Of a stretch of DNA of 36,900 bases, positions 1 to 8,195 are shown one piece after another. Within the stretch, counting starts at the first letter, position 1. The number at the start of each line of letters is the position of its first letter. The DNA lies in IMG/VR virus record IMGVR_UViG_3300007734_000641, positions 1 through 36,900 of that record, one strand, 5' to 3'. The position numbers and the translations under genes were made by a program. This DNA is from a virus. Its lineage: Duplodnaviria; Caudoviricetes. Below the pieces are notes generated by a model, which ran no database searches, was not told where the DNA came from, and worked only from the letters and a program-made list of their open reading frames with translations.

Positions 1-127
1 AACAGCGTCTATGACACGCTGAAGACGAGGAAGGCCGTCGTCTACAAGGCTCCCTGCGATGTGGACAAGGGAGGCGCGTCGCAAAAAGTCGCGGCCGCAC
101 AATGATAGATGAGAGATTCCTCACTGC
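1..127. repeat. Terminal direct repeat, left copy (circular overlap)
   Basis: 1-127 is identical to 36774-36900 (aacagcgtctatgac...gattcctcactgc); the o-spanin/holin junction reads through it. Confidence 0.97.
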
Positions 128-354
128 AGCAATATGTTACTATGCAGATCGCGCAGGACGTGCGCGAGATCAAGGAAGTTCAGAGAGTTCAGGCGGACCA
201 CCTCGACGAGGTACAATCGAGCCTGCAGGAGCTTACGAGCTGGGCACAGCGCCTAGCCTTGCTGGCGGTGCTGTGGGGGTTCGCGGTTGGGCTGAACATC
301 GCGCCGGAGAAACTTGCCGAACTCGTGGGGATGCTGCTCAAGTCAACAAAGTGA
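109..354 (+). CDS. Small membrane protein, putative holin/lysis accessory
   Basis: Directly follows the o-spanin stop across the junction; coiled coil then hydrophobic LALLAVLWGFAVGLNI. Confidence 0.55.
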   Translation: MRDSSLQQYVTMQIAQDVREIKEVQRVQADHLDEVQSSLQELTSWAQRLALLAVLWGFAVGLNIAPEKLAELVGMLLKSTK

Positions 355-453
355 TGAGCATCGCATGTTATGCCGCATGGGCGATGCTCTGCGTTGGGCT
401 GTCTCGAGTTGCGTTTTTATTCGTGATGGCGGATTAGGCTGGCATTTCTCGGT

Positions 454-708
454 TCACTCTGCCGTTGCCAGATCAAGGCACGGCTTCAATTCCTGATACG
501 CAGCTATCATCGCGATCACGTCGCCGCTCTGTTGAGCAGCCAGAGCCACGTCGCGCTTTACTCTGACGAGCCGCGCCACCATCCGTTGACCGTCGCCGGT
601 ACCAGGTAGCAACTCGTCCATTTCCTTCGCTTCCGCTTCCTGCTGGCCGATCCACTCGCTGACTTTCGCGATGGCTTCCGGCAGCGCTTCGCCTAGTGAC
701 TGGCTCAT
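454..708 (-). CDS. Hypothetical early protein (84 aa)
   Basis: Last gene of the leftward small-gene block; preceded by AGGGCCACGATC-ATG. Confidence 0.75.
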   Translation of the reverse strand: MSQSLGEALPEAIAKVSEWIGQQEAEAKEMDELLPGTGDGQRMVARLVRVKRDVALAAQQSGDVIAMIAAYQELKPCLDLATAE

Positions 709-718
709 GATCGTGGCC

Positions 719-979
719 CTAAACAGTAGTCGGTTGAGTGACGATTTCCGGGGTGCACCACGAGTGGATTCCGCTCATGGCAAACCAACGGTCTGCTTTC
801 TTCGCAACGTCGTGAGCCAGCATCATCCACTGCGGTTCCGGGTGCCACTCGTTGGAACCTAATTTCATGTTCAGCGGGATCACAACGCGCACCGATCGCT
901 CCCCGCGCCAGTTGGTGTAATCGATCTGCGCCGCTCCATGCAGGTTCGGCGGATCATCATTCTTCCATGTGACCGGCAT
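719..979 (-). CDS. Stand-alone WYL-domain protein
   Basis: IDYTNWRGERSVRVVIP...QWMMLAHDVAKKADRWFAMSGI fits the WYL pattern; start moved to ATG 979 behind GAGAAAGGCCACT. Confidence 0.8.
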   Translation of the reverse strand: MPVTWKNDDPPNLHGAAQIDYTNWRGERSVRVVIPLNMKLGSNEWHPEPQWMMLAHDVAKKADRWFAMSGIHSWCTPEIVTQPTTV

Positions 980-998
980 AGTGGCCTTTCTCGCTGAG

Positions 999-1235
999 TT
1001 AGATTTTCCATCCGTGCGCACGGGCGCCAGCTTGATGCCAAGCCTTGCGCATTGCAGGCCAAGCGCCGATCAAGTCGCAAATCGCATCGACATGTTGGAC
1101 AGACCCCAAGCGACGACCGTGCTCAAGGTCGCAAATGTACTGCGGCGACACGCTCAGCCGTTCCGCGAAATCCTTTTGCGACAGCCCGAGCTTCTCGCGG
1201 GCGCCGGTCATCAGGTCTCGGAGTGACTGTTTCAC
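999..1235 (-). CDS. XRE-family HTH regulator
   Basis: AREKLGLSQKDFAERLSVSPQYICDLEHGRR. Confidence 0.9.
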   Translation of the reverse strand: MKQSLRDLMTGAREKLGLSQKDFAERLSVSPQYICDLEHGRRLGSVQHVDAICDLIGAWPAMRKAWHQAGARAHGWKI

Positions 1236-1300
1236 GCTCGTGGCTTTCTTCCGAAGTTGAAGTTGCCGGGCATTTCACCCAGCCGGGGCATGCAACCGTC

Positions 1301-1636
1301 TCAGCCCTGTTGACCCAGCCCGTCCCCATTTTTGGTTGGTGCCTGCTGGTGCCGCCCGTCCATCTGTGTTCCGACCTGCACGTGGGTCAGCGCAATGCAG
1401 TCGCCGGGAATTTTCACGACCGCGTATCCGGCCGAGTTGATAAAAGCGCCGGGCGCTGCGACCTCGGTGTCACGCCAGCAATCATTGAGCCAGCGCGCCA
1501 TCGGGTAGACGCGGATCGCCGTGCCCACCGGAAATCTCACATTGAAGTTGTGGCATAGTGTGGCCGCGTTCTGCCTCTTGTGCCCAGGCGGGCGCGGATC
1601 AAAGAACCGCCGATCACGCTTGTTCTGAACGCTCAT
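1301..1636 (-). CDS. Hypothetical protein
   Basis: Probable start MSVQNKRD at 1636 behind TGAAAGGCCCGCAG; FNVRFPVGTAIRVY motif seen in small phage proteins. Confidence 0.65.
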   Translation of the reverse strand: MSVQNKRDRRFFDPRPPGHKRQNAATLCHNFNVRFPVGTAIRVYPMARWLNDCWRDTEVAAPGAFINSAGYAVVKIPGDCIALTHVQVGTQMDGRHQQAPTKNGDGLGQQG

Positions 1637-1647
1637 CTGCGGGCCTT

Positions 1648-1926
1648 TCATGTAGGTTCGGAAAACGTGCAGTGCCCGTCCGCCTCGTGACGGTCGCGAC
1701 GTTTGTTGCATTTGCGGCAGATGGTCGCCGGGTTCGGGTCCGCATCCATGAACTCCATCAGCGTCACGCGCTCACCCTGCACATCCCAGAACCATGTGCC
1801 GGGGCGCTTGTCGCTCCACGTCATGATCGATGCTGACGTTCCGTCCTGCGACTGACCGAGGCACATGCTGACGGCAGCGCGGGCGTCAATCTGTGTCCTG
1901 ATCCAATCCTCAAACGTCATCTGCAT
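1648..1926 (-). CDS. Hypothetical protein with C-terminal CxxC..H..HC motif
   Basis: Tight operon packing; ICRKCNKRRDRHEADGHC. Confidence 0.7.
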   Translation of the reverse strand: MQMTFEDWIRTQIDARAAVSMCLGQSQDGTSASIMTWSDKRPGTWFWDVQGERVTLMEFMDADPNPATICRKCNKRRDRHEADGHCTFSEPT

Positions 1927-1941
1927 TGGAAGGGGCCTTTC

Positions 1942-2157
1942 TTAGCGGTGGTGGCAGGCGACGAAAACGTCATCGACTAGACGCCGCAGCTTCGGCAGGT
2001 CGGAATGCACCATCAGAGCGTCGCATGTAACGGCCTCCTGCCGAATGTACTCGCGCCGCTTGTCAGAGCATCCCGCGCGCAACTCCGAAATGTATCCAGC
2101 GAACTCGCTGACGGCTTGCGCGTAGTTCAACTCCTGCTGCCGCTCCAGTGCCGTCAT
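1942..2157 (-). CDS. Hypothetical protein (71 aa)
   Basis: Operon packing; start motif AAGGCCACGACG-ATG. Confidence 0.7.
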   Translation of the reverse strand: MTALERQQELNYAQAVSEFAGYISELRAGCSDKRREYIRQEAVTCDALMVHSDLPKLRRLVDDVFVACHHR

Positions 2158-2169
2158 CGTCGTGGCCTT

Positions 2170-2559
2170 TCATGTAGGTTCTAGGTGAGCGACTTCGGCC
2201 TCGTATTTTGCCTTGGCCGCGTTGGCTTGTTCCTTAGTGTCGAAGATGTCCACTTCTTCCCACTGGTCGAACTCGTCGCCGACGCAATACGCATGCGTCC
2301 ACATCGGCTTGCTGACCCACACTGGCATCACTTCAAGAACGGGTTCGCCAGCGCCGGAATGGTGATCAAGGACGAACTCGGACAGGTCCTCGTGAACCTC
2401 CTGCACAGCCTCGTTCGGCTCTGCCCACCCGGCCAATTGAAAGCCATCTAGGGCCGTCGCCAACTCGTCAATCAAAACATCAGCACCGCTCTCCGCAGCA
2501 TTAACTGCGAGGTACGCCCTGGCTCGCTCAACAAGCGCATTCTTCGCTTTGGCGTTCAT
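2170..2559 (-). CDS. Hypothetical acidic protein (129 aa)
   Basis: Operon packing; start motif GAGAAGGGCCACGATC-ATG. Confidence 0.75.
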   Translation of the reverse strand: MNAKAKNALVERARAYLAVNAAESGADVLIDELATALDGFQLAGWAEPNEAVQEVHEDLSEFVLDHHSGAGEPVLEVMPVWVSKPMWTHAYCVGDEFDQWEEVDIFDTKEQANAAKAKYEAEVAHLEPT

Positions 2560-2577
2560 GATCGTGGCCCTTCTCGT

Positions 2578-2865
2578 TTAGTCCAAGCGGTACTGAATTG
2601 CGTCGGCGATCTGCCGTGACGCTTCGCGGGTAGCTTCGAGCCCATTGGCAGGCACATGGCCGTGCGGAATGTCGCCGAACTCGCGAGCAATCGCCGTGCA
2701 CGCACGGCGCTCTCTCATGACTCCGCGCCGTTCTGCTGTTGCGAGCACTGAGGCTATTAGCTCCGCAGTGACAGGCTGCGAAGACAATATCCGCTCCGCC
2801 CAAACCTCGACGCTGGCGTCAGCCATTGCAACCGAAACGTCGTGCATTACCTCTGGTGGCATCAT
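2578..2865 (-). CDS. Hypothetical protein
   Basis: Start MMPPEV overlaps the upstream stop (ATGA); contains ERRACTAIA..IADAI. Confidence 0.7.
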   Translation of the reverse strand: MMPPEVMHDVSVAMADASVEVWAERILSSQPVTAELIASVLATAERRGVMRERRACTAIAREFGDIPHGHVPANGLEATREASRQIADAIQYRLD

Positions 2866-3071
2866 TTGTAGTCCTCCTTGTCTGCCGCGTCTTCCAATCG
2901 CCTCGCCAGTTCGCGCGCCTCTTGCGGCGTCAGCAGCGGGAACGGCCAGCATTCCGTGTGAGTTCGCGACACAATATGGTGCATCTCAACCTCAATCGTG
3001 CCGCTGTTGCGGGCATGGACCGAGATCTCCCAATCCGACCCGCACACCGATATCGTCATTGGCTCACGCAT
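2862..3071 (-). CDS. Hypothetical protein (69 aa)
   Basis: LTPQEARELARRLEDAAD C-terminal helix; start motif AAAGCCCCACT-ATG. Confidence 0.7.
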   Translation of the reverse strand: MREPMTISVCGSDWEISVHARNSGTIEVEMHHIVSRTHTECWPFPLLTPQEARELARRLEDAADKEDYK

Positions 3072-3098
3072 AGTGGGGCTTTCGTGTAACGGTTGAAT

Positions 3099-3353
3099 TT
3101 ACTGATGAGCGGAAGTCGAACACACAAGCTTCAATGGTGCTCGCTTCTCGATTTCGCGTGTCGCTTGGGCAGCGCCAGCGATCACGCCATGGAGATACGC
3201 AATGCGAGCGCGCTGTGCTGCATTCATGCGGCGCGGCATACGTTCTAGCTCTTGCTTGTACTCCAGAAGCGCAGCATCCCACCGGGCCGCTATGGCGGTT
3301 GCGGCCTCGCGCAGCGCATCTGCTGACATCTCGTCGAGGTGTGCTATCGCCAT
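3099..3353 (-). CDS. Hypothetical helical protein
   Basis: RBS AGAGGGA upstream; operon packing. Confidence 0.6.
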   Translation of the reverse strand: MAIAHLDEMSADALREAATAIAARWDAALLEYKQELERMPRRMNAAQRARIAYLHGVIAGAAQATREIEKRAPLKLVCSTSAHQ

Positions 3354-3388
3354 GTCCGCCAATCCCTCTTAGTGTTGATCGGTCGCGA

Positions 3389-3598
3389 TTACTGAGAAGC
3401 GGACGTCGAAACGTCTGCTCGTTCGGCTGCTTTGTTGAGTTCCTTCGCCAGCATCCCGGCCTCGAATGGCGTCATCGGCGGCATCGAGTAGCCCATCTGA
3501 TAACCGTTTCTGTAGACTACCAAATAAAGCATCCCCTCGGGATCGACCTCGACTGCAACCTCAGTGTCGGCGCATGAACTGTGAAGCGGTACTGGCAC
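3389..3598 (-). CDS. Hypothetical protein (69 aa), first gene of leftward block
   Basis: RBS AGGAG before GTG; MTPFEAGMLAKELNKAAERA resembles the C-terminus of 2862-3071. Confidence 0.7.
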   Translation of the reverse strand: MPVPLHSSCADTEVAVEVDPEGMLYLVVYRNGYQMGYSMPPMTPFEAGMLAKELNKAAERADVSTSASQ

Positions 3599-3692
3599 GG
3601 CTCTCTCCTATGTCTGCTAATCCCTCAGAGCCGACACCGGCCCGGCCTTTCGGAATGCATTAACGCCTGAGTGGTAACATCTTCTGTGGACC

Positions 3693-3741
3693 TATGTACA
3701 CGCACGCTTGCAGTTTTGCAAGAGCACGTGTATGTTTTGCA
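3693..3741. promoter_or_regulatory. Overlapping divergent sigma70-like promoters
   Basis: Rightward TTGCAG(3708-13)-17-TATGTT(3731-36); leftward TTGCAA(3721-16)-17-TACATA(3698-93); GTTTTGCA repeated at 3713 and 3734. Confidence 0.55.
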
Positions 3742-3745
3742 GAGG

Positions 3746-4405
3746 ATGGCCTTGGAAAACCGTCGAGCGTACCTCCGAGCCGTCCCAGGCATGACCATCG
3801 AGACACAGAGATGGATGGCGCAGGATACCAAAATCACCGTCGTGTTCGAAGCCGGGTTGGCCCGCAACGGTGTGCACAATCTTGCGAACTTCATCACGTC
3901 GCTACGTCCTGGCGACGAGGCTTGGGTTCCGCGTCTCGACGTTCTGTCGCTGCCGAAGTCGGATCGCGGCACGCGGTCGGCGGCTGGTGTCCTCGGGAGT
4001 GCGATTGCGGACATCTTGGGCCGCGGTGCGATCATTGTGGACGGATCAACCGGCATCACCAGCCGCGATGGAGATCGCTGGAAACAGCGCGTAGATTGGG
4101 CGATGCGATTGGTTGCGTCTGGTCGGATGACGCGAGCGAAGGCGCGCAAGGTCGGTGCGAAGGGCGGCGCGGTCATCAAGGGGCGCGCGGTCACGACACT
4201 GTGGAATGCGCCAGGGAAGAAAGCCGAAAAGGCGCGATGGGCATCTGTCTGGCGCGATCCGCTGCACAACAACGATCAGGCGGCAGCCGACGCAATCGAG
4301 CCGCCAGAACTACACGGGCGTCCGTATTTGTGTCGCCGGATTTTCGGCCCGCGTAGACCGGGCGACAAGCGGGCCGGTGGTCGGCCTCGCGGGAAGTCGA
4401 AATAG
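3746..4405 (+). CDS. Serine recombinase/resolvase-like protein with degenerate active site
   Basis: AYLRAVP (vs GYARVST), Q..A..ITVVFE, LRPGDEAWVPRLDVLS (vs LRPGDxLVVxRLDRLGR), RGAIIVD, AKARKVGAKGG; basic GGRPRGK end. Confidence 0.7.
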   Translation: MALENRRAYLRAVPGMTIETQRWMAQDTKITVVFEAGLARNGVHNLANFITSLRPGDEAWVPRLDVLSLPKSDRGTRSAAGVLGSAIADILGRGAIIVDGSTGITSRDGDRWKQRVDWAMRLVASGRMTRAKARKVGAKGGAVIKGRAVTTLWNAPGKKAEKARWASVWRDPLHNNDQAAADAIEPPELHGRPYLCRRIFGPRRPGDKRAGGRPRGKSK

Positions 4406-4410
4406 GAGCA

Positions 4411-4728
4411 GTGGCCGTGCATGTAAGAGATGACGGCAAGATTGGCCCACATCCCGCTGGCGTGTTCGGGACTAAGCTGCGTGTGGCACGTGCTCTGCAC
4501 GACATGAGTCTGCGCGATGTAGCTGATCGAGTTGGCGTTACGGCGCAGCAAATCTCAAAGTATGAGAGCGGTCGTGATCATCCTAAGTCAAGCGTGCTTG
4601 TAGCCATCGCCAAGCTGTACGGCGTTAGCCTCGATTGGCTGATGTGCGATTGCCCGGTGAACCTTGGGTGGCATCAAGGAGAATGCGCTGACGGCGTGCG
4701 ACGCCGAGCGGAAATGCGTGTAGGCTGA
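4411..4728 (+). CDS. XRE-family HTH regulator
   Basis: FGTKLRVARALHDMSLRDVADRVGVTAQQISKYESGRDHPKSSVLVAIAKLYGVSLDWL; no peptidase domain. Confidence 0.9.
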   Translation: MAVHVRDDGKIGPHPAGVFGTKLRVARALHDMSLRDVADRVGVTAQQISKYESGRDHPKSSVLVAIAKLYGVSLDWLMCDCPVNLGWHQGECADGVRRRAEMRVG

Positions 4729-4751
4729 TCATTCGAAAAGGAGCCAAGAGC

Positions 4752-4982
4752 GTGGGTAATTTAGAGAGAGACATGCGAGCGTGCGCATCCGGGTACGACG
4801 GGACTGGACACATAGCTCAGAAGTATTTGATGCGCGGCGCTGACCGCATCGCAGAACTGGAGCGCCGACTAGAGGCGCTGGTTGCTGGCTCAATACTGCC
4901 CACTGATGCCGTTGATGAGTTCACCGCCGATGGTGTGCGATGGGTGCGCGTTCCAGCCGAGCGTCAAGTGAAGTTTATCTGA
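4752..4982 (+). CDS. Hypothetical protein
   Basis: RBS AAGGAG; GADRIAELERRL motif typical of small phage proteins. Confidence 0.7.
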   Translation: MGNLERDMRACASGYDGTGHIAQKYLMRGADRIAELERRLEALVAGSILPTDAVDEFTADGVRWVRVPAERQVKFI

Positions 4983-4994
4983 TAGGAGCGGAGC

Positions 4995-5204
4995 GTGCCA
5001 AAGCTAGAGCCAGAAGTTCAGCGAGCAAAGAACCGAAAGGAAGGCCACATCTGGACGTTCTTGCCGGGTCCGGGCTCCAAGCTTGTGTTGAGCGACAAGC
5101 CAAAGGGTGAATGGTGGTGCGAAGCGTGTGGGTTGAAAGTGGAACCGCCGCGCGCCGTTCATGGTCACGAAGATGAAACCTGTTTGATGCGCAAATCGAG
5201 ATAG
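4995..5204 (+). CDS. Hypothetical protein, possible Zn-binding
   Basis: RBS AGGAG; H..WWCEACG..C. Confidence 0.65.
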   Translation: MPKLEPEVQRAKNRKEGHIWTFLPGPGSKLVLSDKPKGEWWCEACGLKVEPPRAVHGHEDETCLMRKSR

Positions 5205-5216
5205 GAGAGGCACACG

Positions 5217-5564
5217 ATGTGCGATTGCGGATACGGGCCGACAGTGTATCGCGAGCACACCTGCTGCGAGTGCCGTGGCGTGAATCTTATCAGTCGCAGA
5301 GATCGGGCCTACTACCGCAGGCGGCAGCAAAACCGTGTCTTTGAAGCTATTGTTAAGCTTTTTGCAGAAGAGGCCGAGCGCGGTGCGATTTCAAAAAAGA
5401 AATTGGCTGAATTGCTTAAAAAAGATCCAGCGCAGATAACTAGATGGCTGTCCGCGCCGACCAACCTAGAGTTGGACACTATAAGCGACATCCTCTTAGC
5501 GATGGGGGCTGAGATGGATTTTCAGCCAGTTTTGTTTCGTGACCGCGCGGTGCAAGGGTGGTGA
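5217..5564 (+). CDS. HTH regulator with N-terminal Cys cluster
   Basis: MCDCG..CCECRG then ISKKKLAELLKKDPAQITRWLSAPTNLELDTISDILLAMG; RBS AGGAGAGG; visibly AT-richer. Confidence 0.75.
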   Translation: MCDCGYGPTVYREHTCCECRGVNLISRRDRAYYRRRQQNRVFEAIVKLFAEEAERGAISKKKLAELLKKDPAQITRWLSAPTNLELDTISDILLAMGAEMDFQPVLFRDRAVQGW

Positions 5565-5573
5565 TGGTGGCGC

Positions 5574-5900
5574 TCATCGGAATCCCCTTCCCCTGATCTT
5601 CACGCCATCGTGCCTGTCGGCCATCCGCTTACCGTGAGCAACGGCCCTAGTATCGTCAGCGGCTTTTCCGTCTGACCCCGTATCGCAATCAATGCAGATA
5701 GGCCAAAGGTTTTCGCCTGTTCCGGTTCCGCCTTCGGCATGTCGTCTTATGTGATCCGCGCGCCAATCTGACGGCCTCGTGGCAACCAGATCGATCGTGC
5801 ATCCGCAGACGTGACAGGTGAGGCACTTCCTTCCGAGCAAGTTGAACCATGCGTGGGTGTCAACGCAGGTGCGGCGGTCCTTGGCGCTGTTGCGTTTCAT
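5574..5900 (-). CDS. HNH endonuclease
   Basis: CHVCG..ADHIRRHAEGG..ENLWPICIDC. Confidence 0.85.
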   Translation of the reverse strand: MKRNSAKDRRTCVDTHAWFNLLGRKCLTCHVCGCTIDLVATRPSDWRADHIRRHAEGGTGTGENLWPICIDCDTGSDGKAADDTRAVAHGKRMADRHDGVKIRGRGFR

Positions 5901-6418
5901 AGCGGAACGCTCGCGAACGTTTCGGTCTTCGCCGGCTTGCGCTCCCTGATTGGCGGCATGATGTCGGCCACCTTCAATCCAGTTTCAGCTTCGATTGTGT
6001 CGGCAACGGCATCAAACAAAGCGCAGGCTGCAAGATGCGGGAGCGTATTAAAGTCGATGCTTTCGGACTGGAAGATGTAGAATTTGCCATCAGCCGTGAA
6101 CGGAAACGTGTGATCCTTGGCGGCTACCAGCCCCGCGGCAATAGCAACAATGGCGTCGTTCTTTTCCATGCCGTTGGTGTCGATGGTGGTAACGATGTGG
6201 TGGCCCGCCTTGGCCTGCAGCCACTTGCGGAGATGGTCATCACTCATCGGCGTAAAACGATGCCCCTCGGGCCAGTGAGAGTAAGCCGCACGGATCATCG
6301 CAAAGAACCGTTTATGTTGTGGAACAGAGCGCGGCTTCCCTCGCTTCTGCCGTGACAGGTCAAGGCCGCAGCTTGGGCAATGTGCCATTACGCCTAGTGC
6401 TCTCGCGCTGATGCTCAT
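5897..6418 (-). CDS. DUF1367/NinB-like recombination-associated protein
   Basis: PRSVPQHKRFFAMI..HLRKWLQAKAGH..SESIDF; located between SSAP and HNH. Confidence 0.65.
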   Translation of the reverse strand: MSISARALGVMAHCPSCGLDLSRQKRGKPRSVPQHKRFFAMIRAAYSHWPEGHRFTPMSDDHLRKWLQAKAGHHIVTTIDTNGMEKNDAIVAIAAGLVAAKDHTFPFTADGKFYIFQSESIDFNTLPHLAACALFDAVADTIEAETGLKVADIMPPIRERKPAKTETFASVPL

Positions 6419-6557
6419 GGCCTATCCCCAAAACCATATCCCGCACTTCGTCCCATAAATGCCTGGGCACCTTTAGAACAACGCAACAATCCTCCCATCC
6501 CAAGCCTCGTTCAGCTTCGTATCTAACGCAGTGGTGCAAGGCGATGGGGATGCTCAT
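6360..6557 (-). CDS. Hypothetical protein
   Basis: ATGA-coupled to the RecT-like stop. Confidence 0.55.
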   Translation of the reverse strand: MSIPIALHHCVRYEAERGLGWEDCCVVLKVPRHLWDEVRDMVLGIGHEHQRESTRRNGTLPKLRP

Positions 6558-7483
6558 GGCGTCCGCGCCGCTTCGATCATTTCGAGCGCTGCCGCCCTGC
6601 CGTCTTCGTCCATGATGAGGATGGCCGCCTTGAACTGCTCATGCACACCGTCTGGTGTCATGTGGGTCAACGAGCGCTCGATCTCGCGCAACACGGCTTG
6701 GCTGTCTGCCGGCCGCTCAAAGTCTTCACGCCGCCCCGCAAGATCGTCGTTAATGATCTCAGCCCAGCGGCTATACATCGTAGCGATTTCGGCCTCATTC
6801 TCGCTTTCGATCCTGTCGAGATCGTTTGCGCTCGTCGCCTCCGATATCTGAGCGCGGATCAGATTAAACCGATCCGACGTTCCATCACGCTTGCACTCTG
6901 CGCTCGACTTCCGACGCGGTGTCACGTCGATGTCCTGCAGCTCCTCGGCAACGTACAGGCCAGACAGAACGTCCGCCGCGCCGTCGCGTGCCGCATATCC
7001 GCGCGCCCGCATCTGCAGCATTCGATCTGGGTATTGTTTCCACGGGCCGACCTTCCCCCACAGCCCCGCCGTCTTGGCATCGTGCACCGTGAACCGCCGC
7101 TCGATCTTCGTCCCATCCGGCCGGATCACACGGCACGTCGCACCGCGGGCATCGTCGGCGCCGTCCATGAACTCGTCGAGCTTAAAGCCGCGCGCCAGCA
7201 ACAGTGCCGGCAGAGCATCGCCCCAGATCGTCGGGCGGCCATTGACGACGGCAATGCGCTGGATCGCCTGCATAGGCGGTAGGCCGATCTCGGCGCCGTG
7301 CATGATGGCAACCGTGATCTGCTCGACCGACTTCATTCCGTTCGGTGCGAGACCGCTGGCGTGAATAGCCTTGGCTATGCGAAATACTTCCTCGACCGAC
7401 TGAGGAACGATTGCCGCCACACGTCCGCCCGCACGAAGCGGAACAACCTTGTTTGGCTCGATAATGCTGATTTCGCTGCTCAT
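6554..7483 (-). CDS. RecT-like single-strand annealing protein
   Basis: SGLAP..AIMHGAEIGLPPMQAIQRIAVVNGRPTIWGD..PWKQYPDRMLQMRA..GLYVAEE; true start MSSEIS at 7483 (ATGA overlap, RBS GGAGG). Confidence 0.85.
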   Translation of the reverse strand: MSSEISIIEPNKVVPLRAGGRVAAIVPQSVEEVFRIAKAIHASGLAPNGMKSVEQITVAIMHGAEIGLPPMQAIQRIAVVNGRPTIWGDALPALLLARGFKLDEFMDGADDARGATCRVIRPDGTKIERRFTVHDAKTAGLWGKVGPWKQYPDRMLQMRARGYAARDGAADVLSGLYVAEELQDIDVTPRRKSSAECKRDGTSDRFNLIRAQISEATSANDLDRIESENEAEIATMYSRWAEIINDDLAGRREDFERPADSQAVLREIERSLTHMTPDGVHEQFKAAILIMDEDGRAAALEMIEAARTP

Positions 7484-7755
7484 TCCACACCCTCCGAAAA
7501 TCCGTGCTTCTTGCTCACCATCATGGTGCTTTGCTCGGCAATGCTCGCAACCCATTCCGTAATCTTGGGGCTGTCCCCGCTCTTTAAACGCCACATGAAA
7601 TACGACAGAACCCGCAACTTGCCTTCCTCTGTCGGGACGCTTGCCAGCCATTCCTCTATAGCGCTCATCGCCATGATTTCAGGACTGGGAGCTAGGCTGC
7701 GATCCGCGTCAACAGCTTGCGGGCGGCGAAGGAATTTAGGAAAAACTACCGCCAT
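7480..7755 (-). CDS. Hypothetical protein
   Basis: Coupled at both ends (TGATG at 7753-57, ATGA at 7480-83). Confidence 0.6.
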   Translation of the reverse strand: MAVVFPKFLRRPQAVDADRSLAPSPEIMAMSAIEEWLASVPTEEGKLRVLSYFMWRLKSGDSPKITEWVASIAEQSTMMVSKKHGFSEGVE

Positions 7756-7859
7756 CACATCCACCTTCGATCAATGAACCAGTCCACCAGCATAGGACCC
7801 ATGATCAAGACGACGCCAAGGGCCAGAAGAACTAGACCAATGTATTGGAAGTCTCTCAT
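7755..7859 (-). CDS. Small single-TM protein (34 aa, not in ORF track)
   Basis: MRDFQYIGLVLLALGVVLIMGPMLVDWFIDRRWM; stop overlaps next start. Confidence 0.55.
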   Translation of the reverse strand: MRDFQYIGLVLLALGVVLIMGPMLVDWFIDRRWM

Positions 7860-7929
7860 GTCTCACTCTCGCTTTTGACGCGCATCACATCCAGCAACCA
7901 GCATGTGACCGACACGGATCGAACTAGAT

Positions 7930-8166
7930 TCAGACGTGCACGTCGGGGCTGCTAGAAACATCCACACTATCACTGCCAAATAAGCTGCCGCCGCGAGATA
8001 CTGCAACGATGTGGACCAAATCATTGAGCCGCGCCCTCGTTGATCGTAGTTCTTGACGCATGTCCGATAGACGTTTTCTGATGGCTCGGTTTAGCGCTCG
8101 CTCAGCCGCCAAATCGCCGCGCATGTCTTCATAGGATTTCAGCTTTTTTTTATACGTCCTCGCCAT
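7930..8166 (-). CDS. Basic coiled-coil protein
   Basis: RBS GGGAG; heptad-like LAAERALNRAIRKRLSDMRQEL. Confidence 0.65.
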   Translation of the reverse strand: MARTYKKKLKSYEDMRGDLAAERALNRAIRKRLSDMRQELRSTRARLNDLVHIVAVSRGGSLFGSDSVDVSSSPDVHV

Positions 8167-8195
8167 ATCTACGCTCCCACTAGTGATTGATGATG

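Noticed and set aside
1-127. Biological terminal repeat
   Set aside because: Length equals a standard k-mer, and a P22-like head module suggests headful packaging; treated as an assembly overlap
354-437. 27-aa hydrophobic ORF/hairpin after the putative holin
   Set aside because: Too short to support; the 9-bp stem (357-365/381-389) lacks an adjacent U-tract, so neither CDS nor terminator was called
1228-1236. parS half site TGTTTCACG
   Set aside because: Half site only, overlapping a start codon; chance match likely
7484-7651. N-terminal extension of the RecT-like ORF
   Set aside because: Overlaps the upstream gene; RBS and ATGA coupling support the start at 7483
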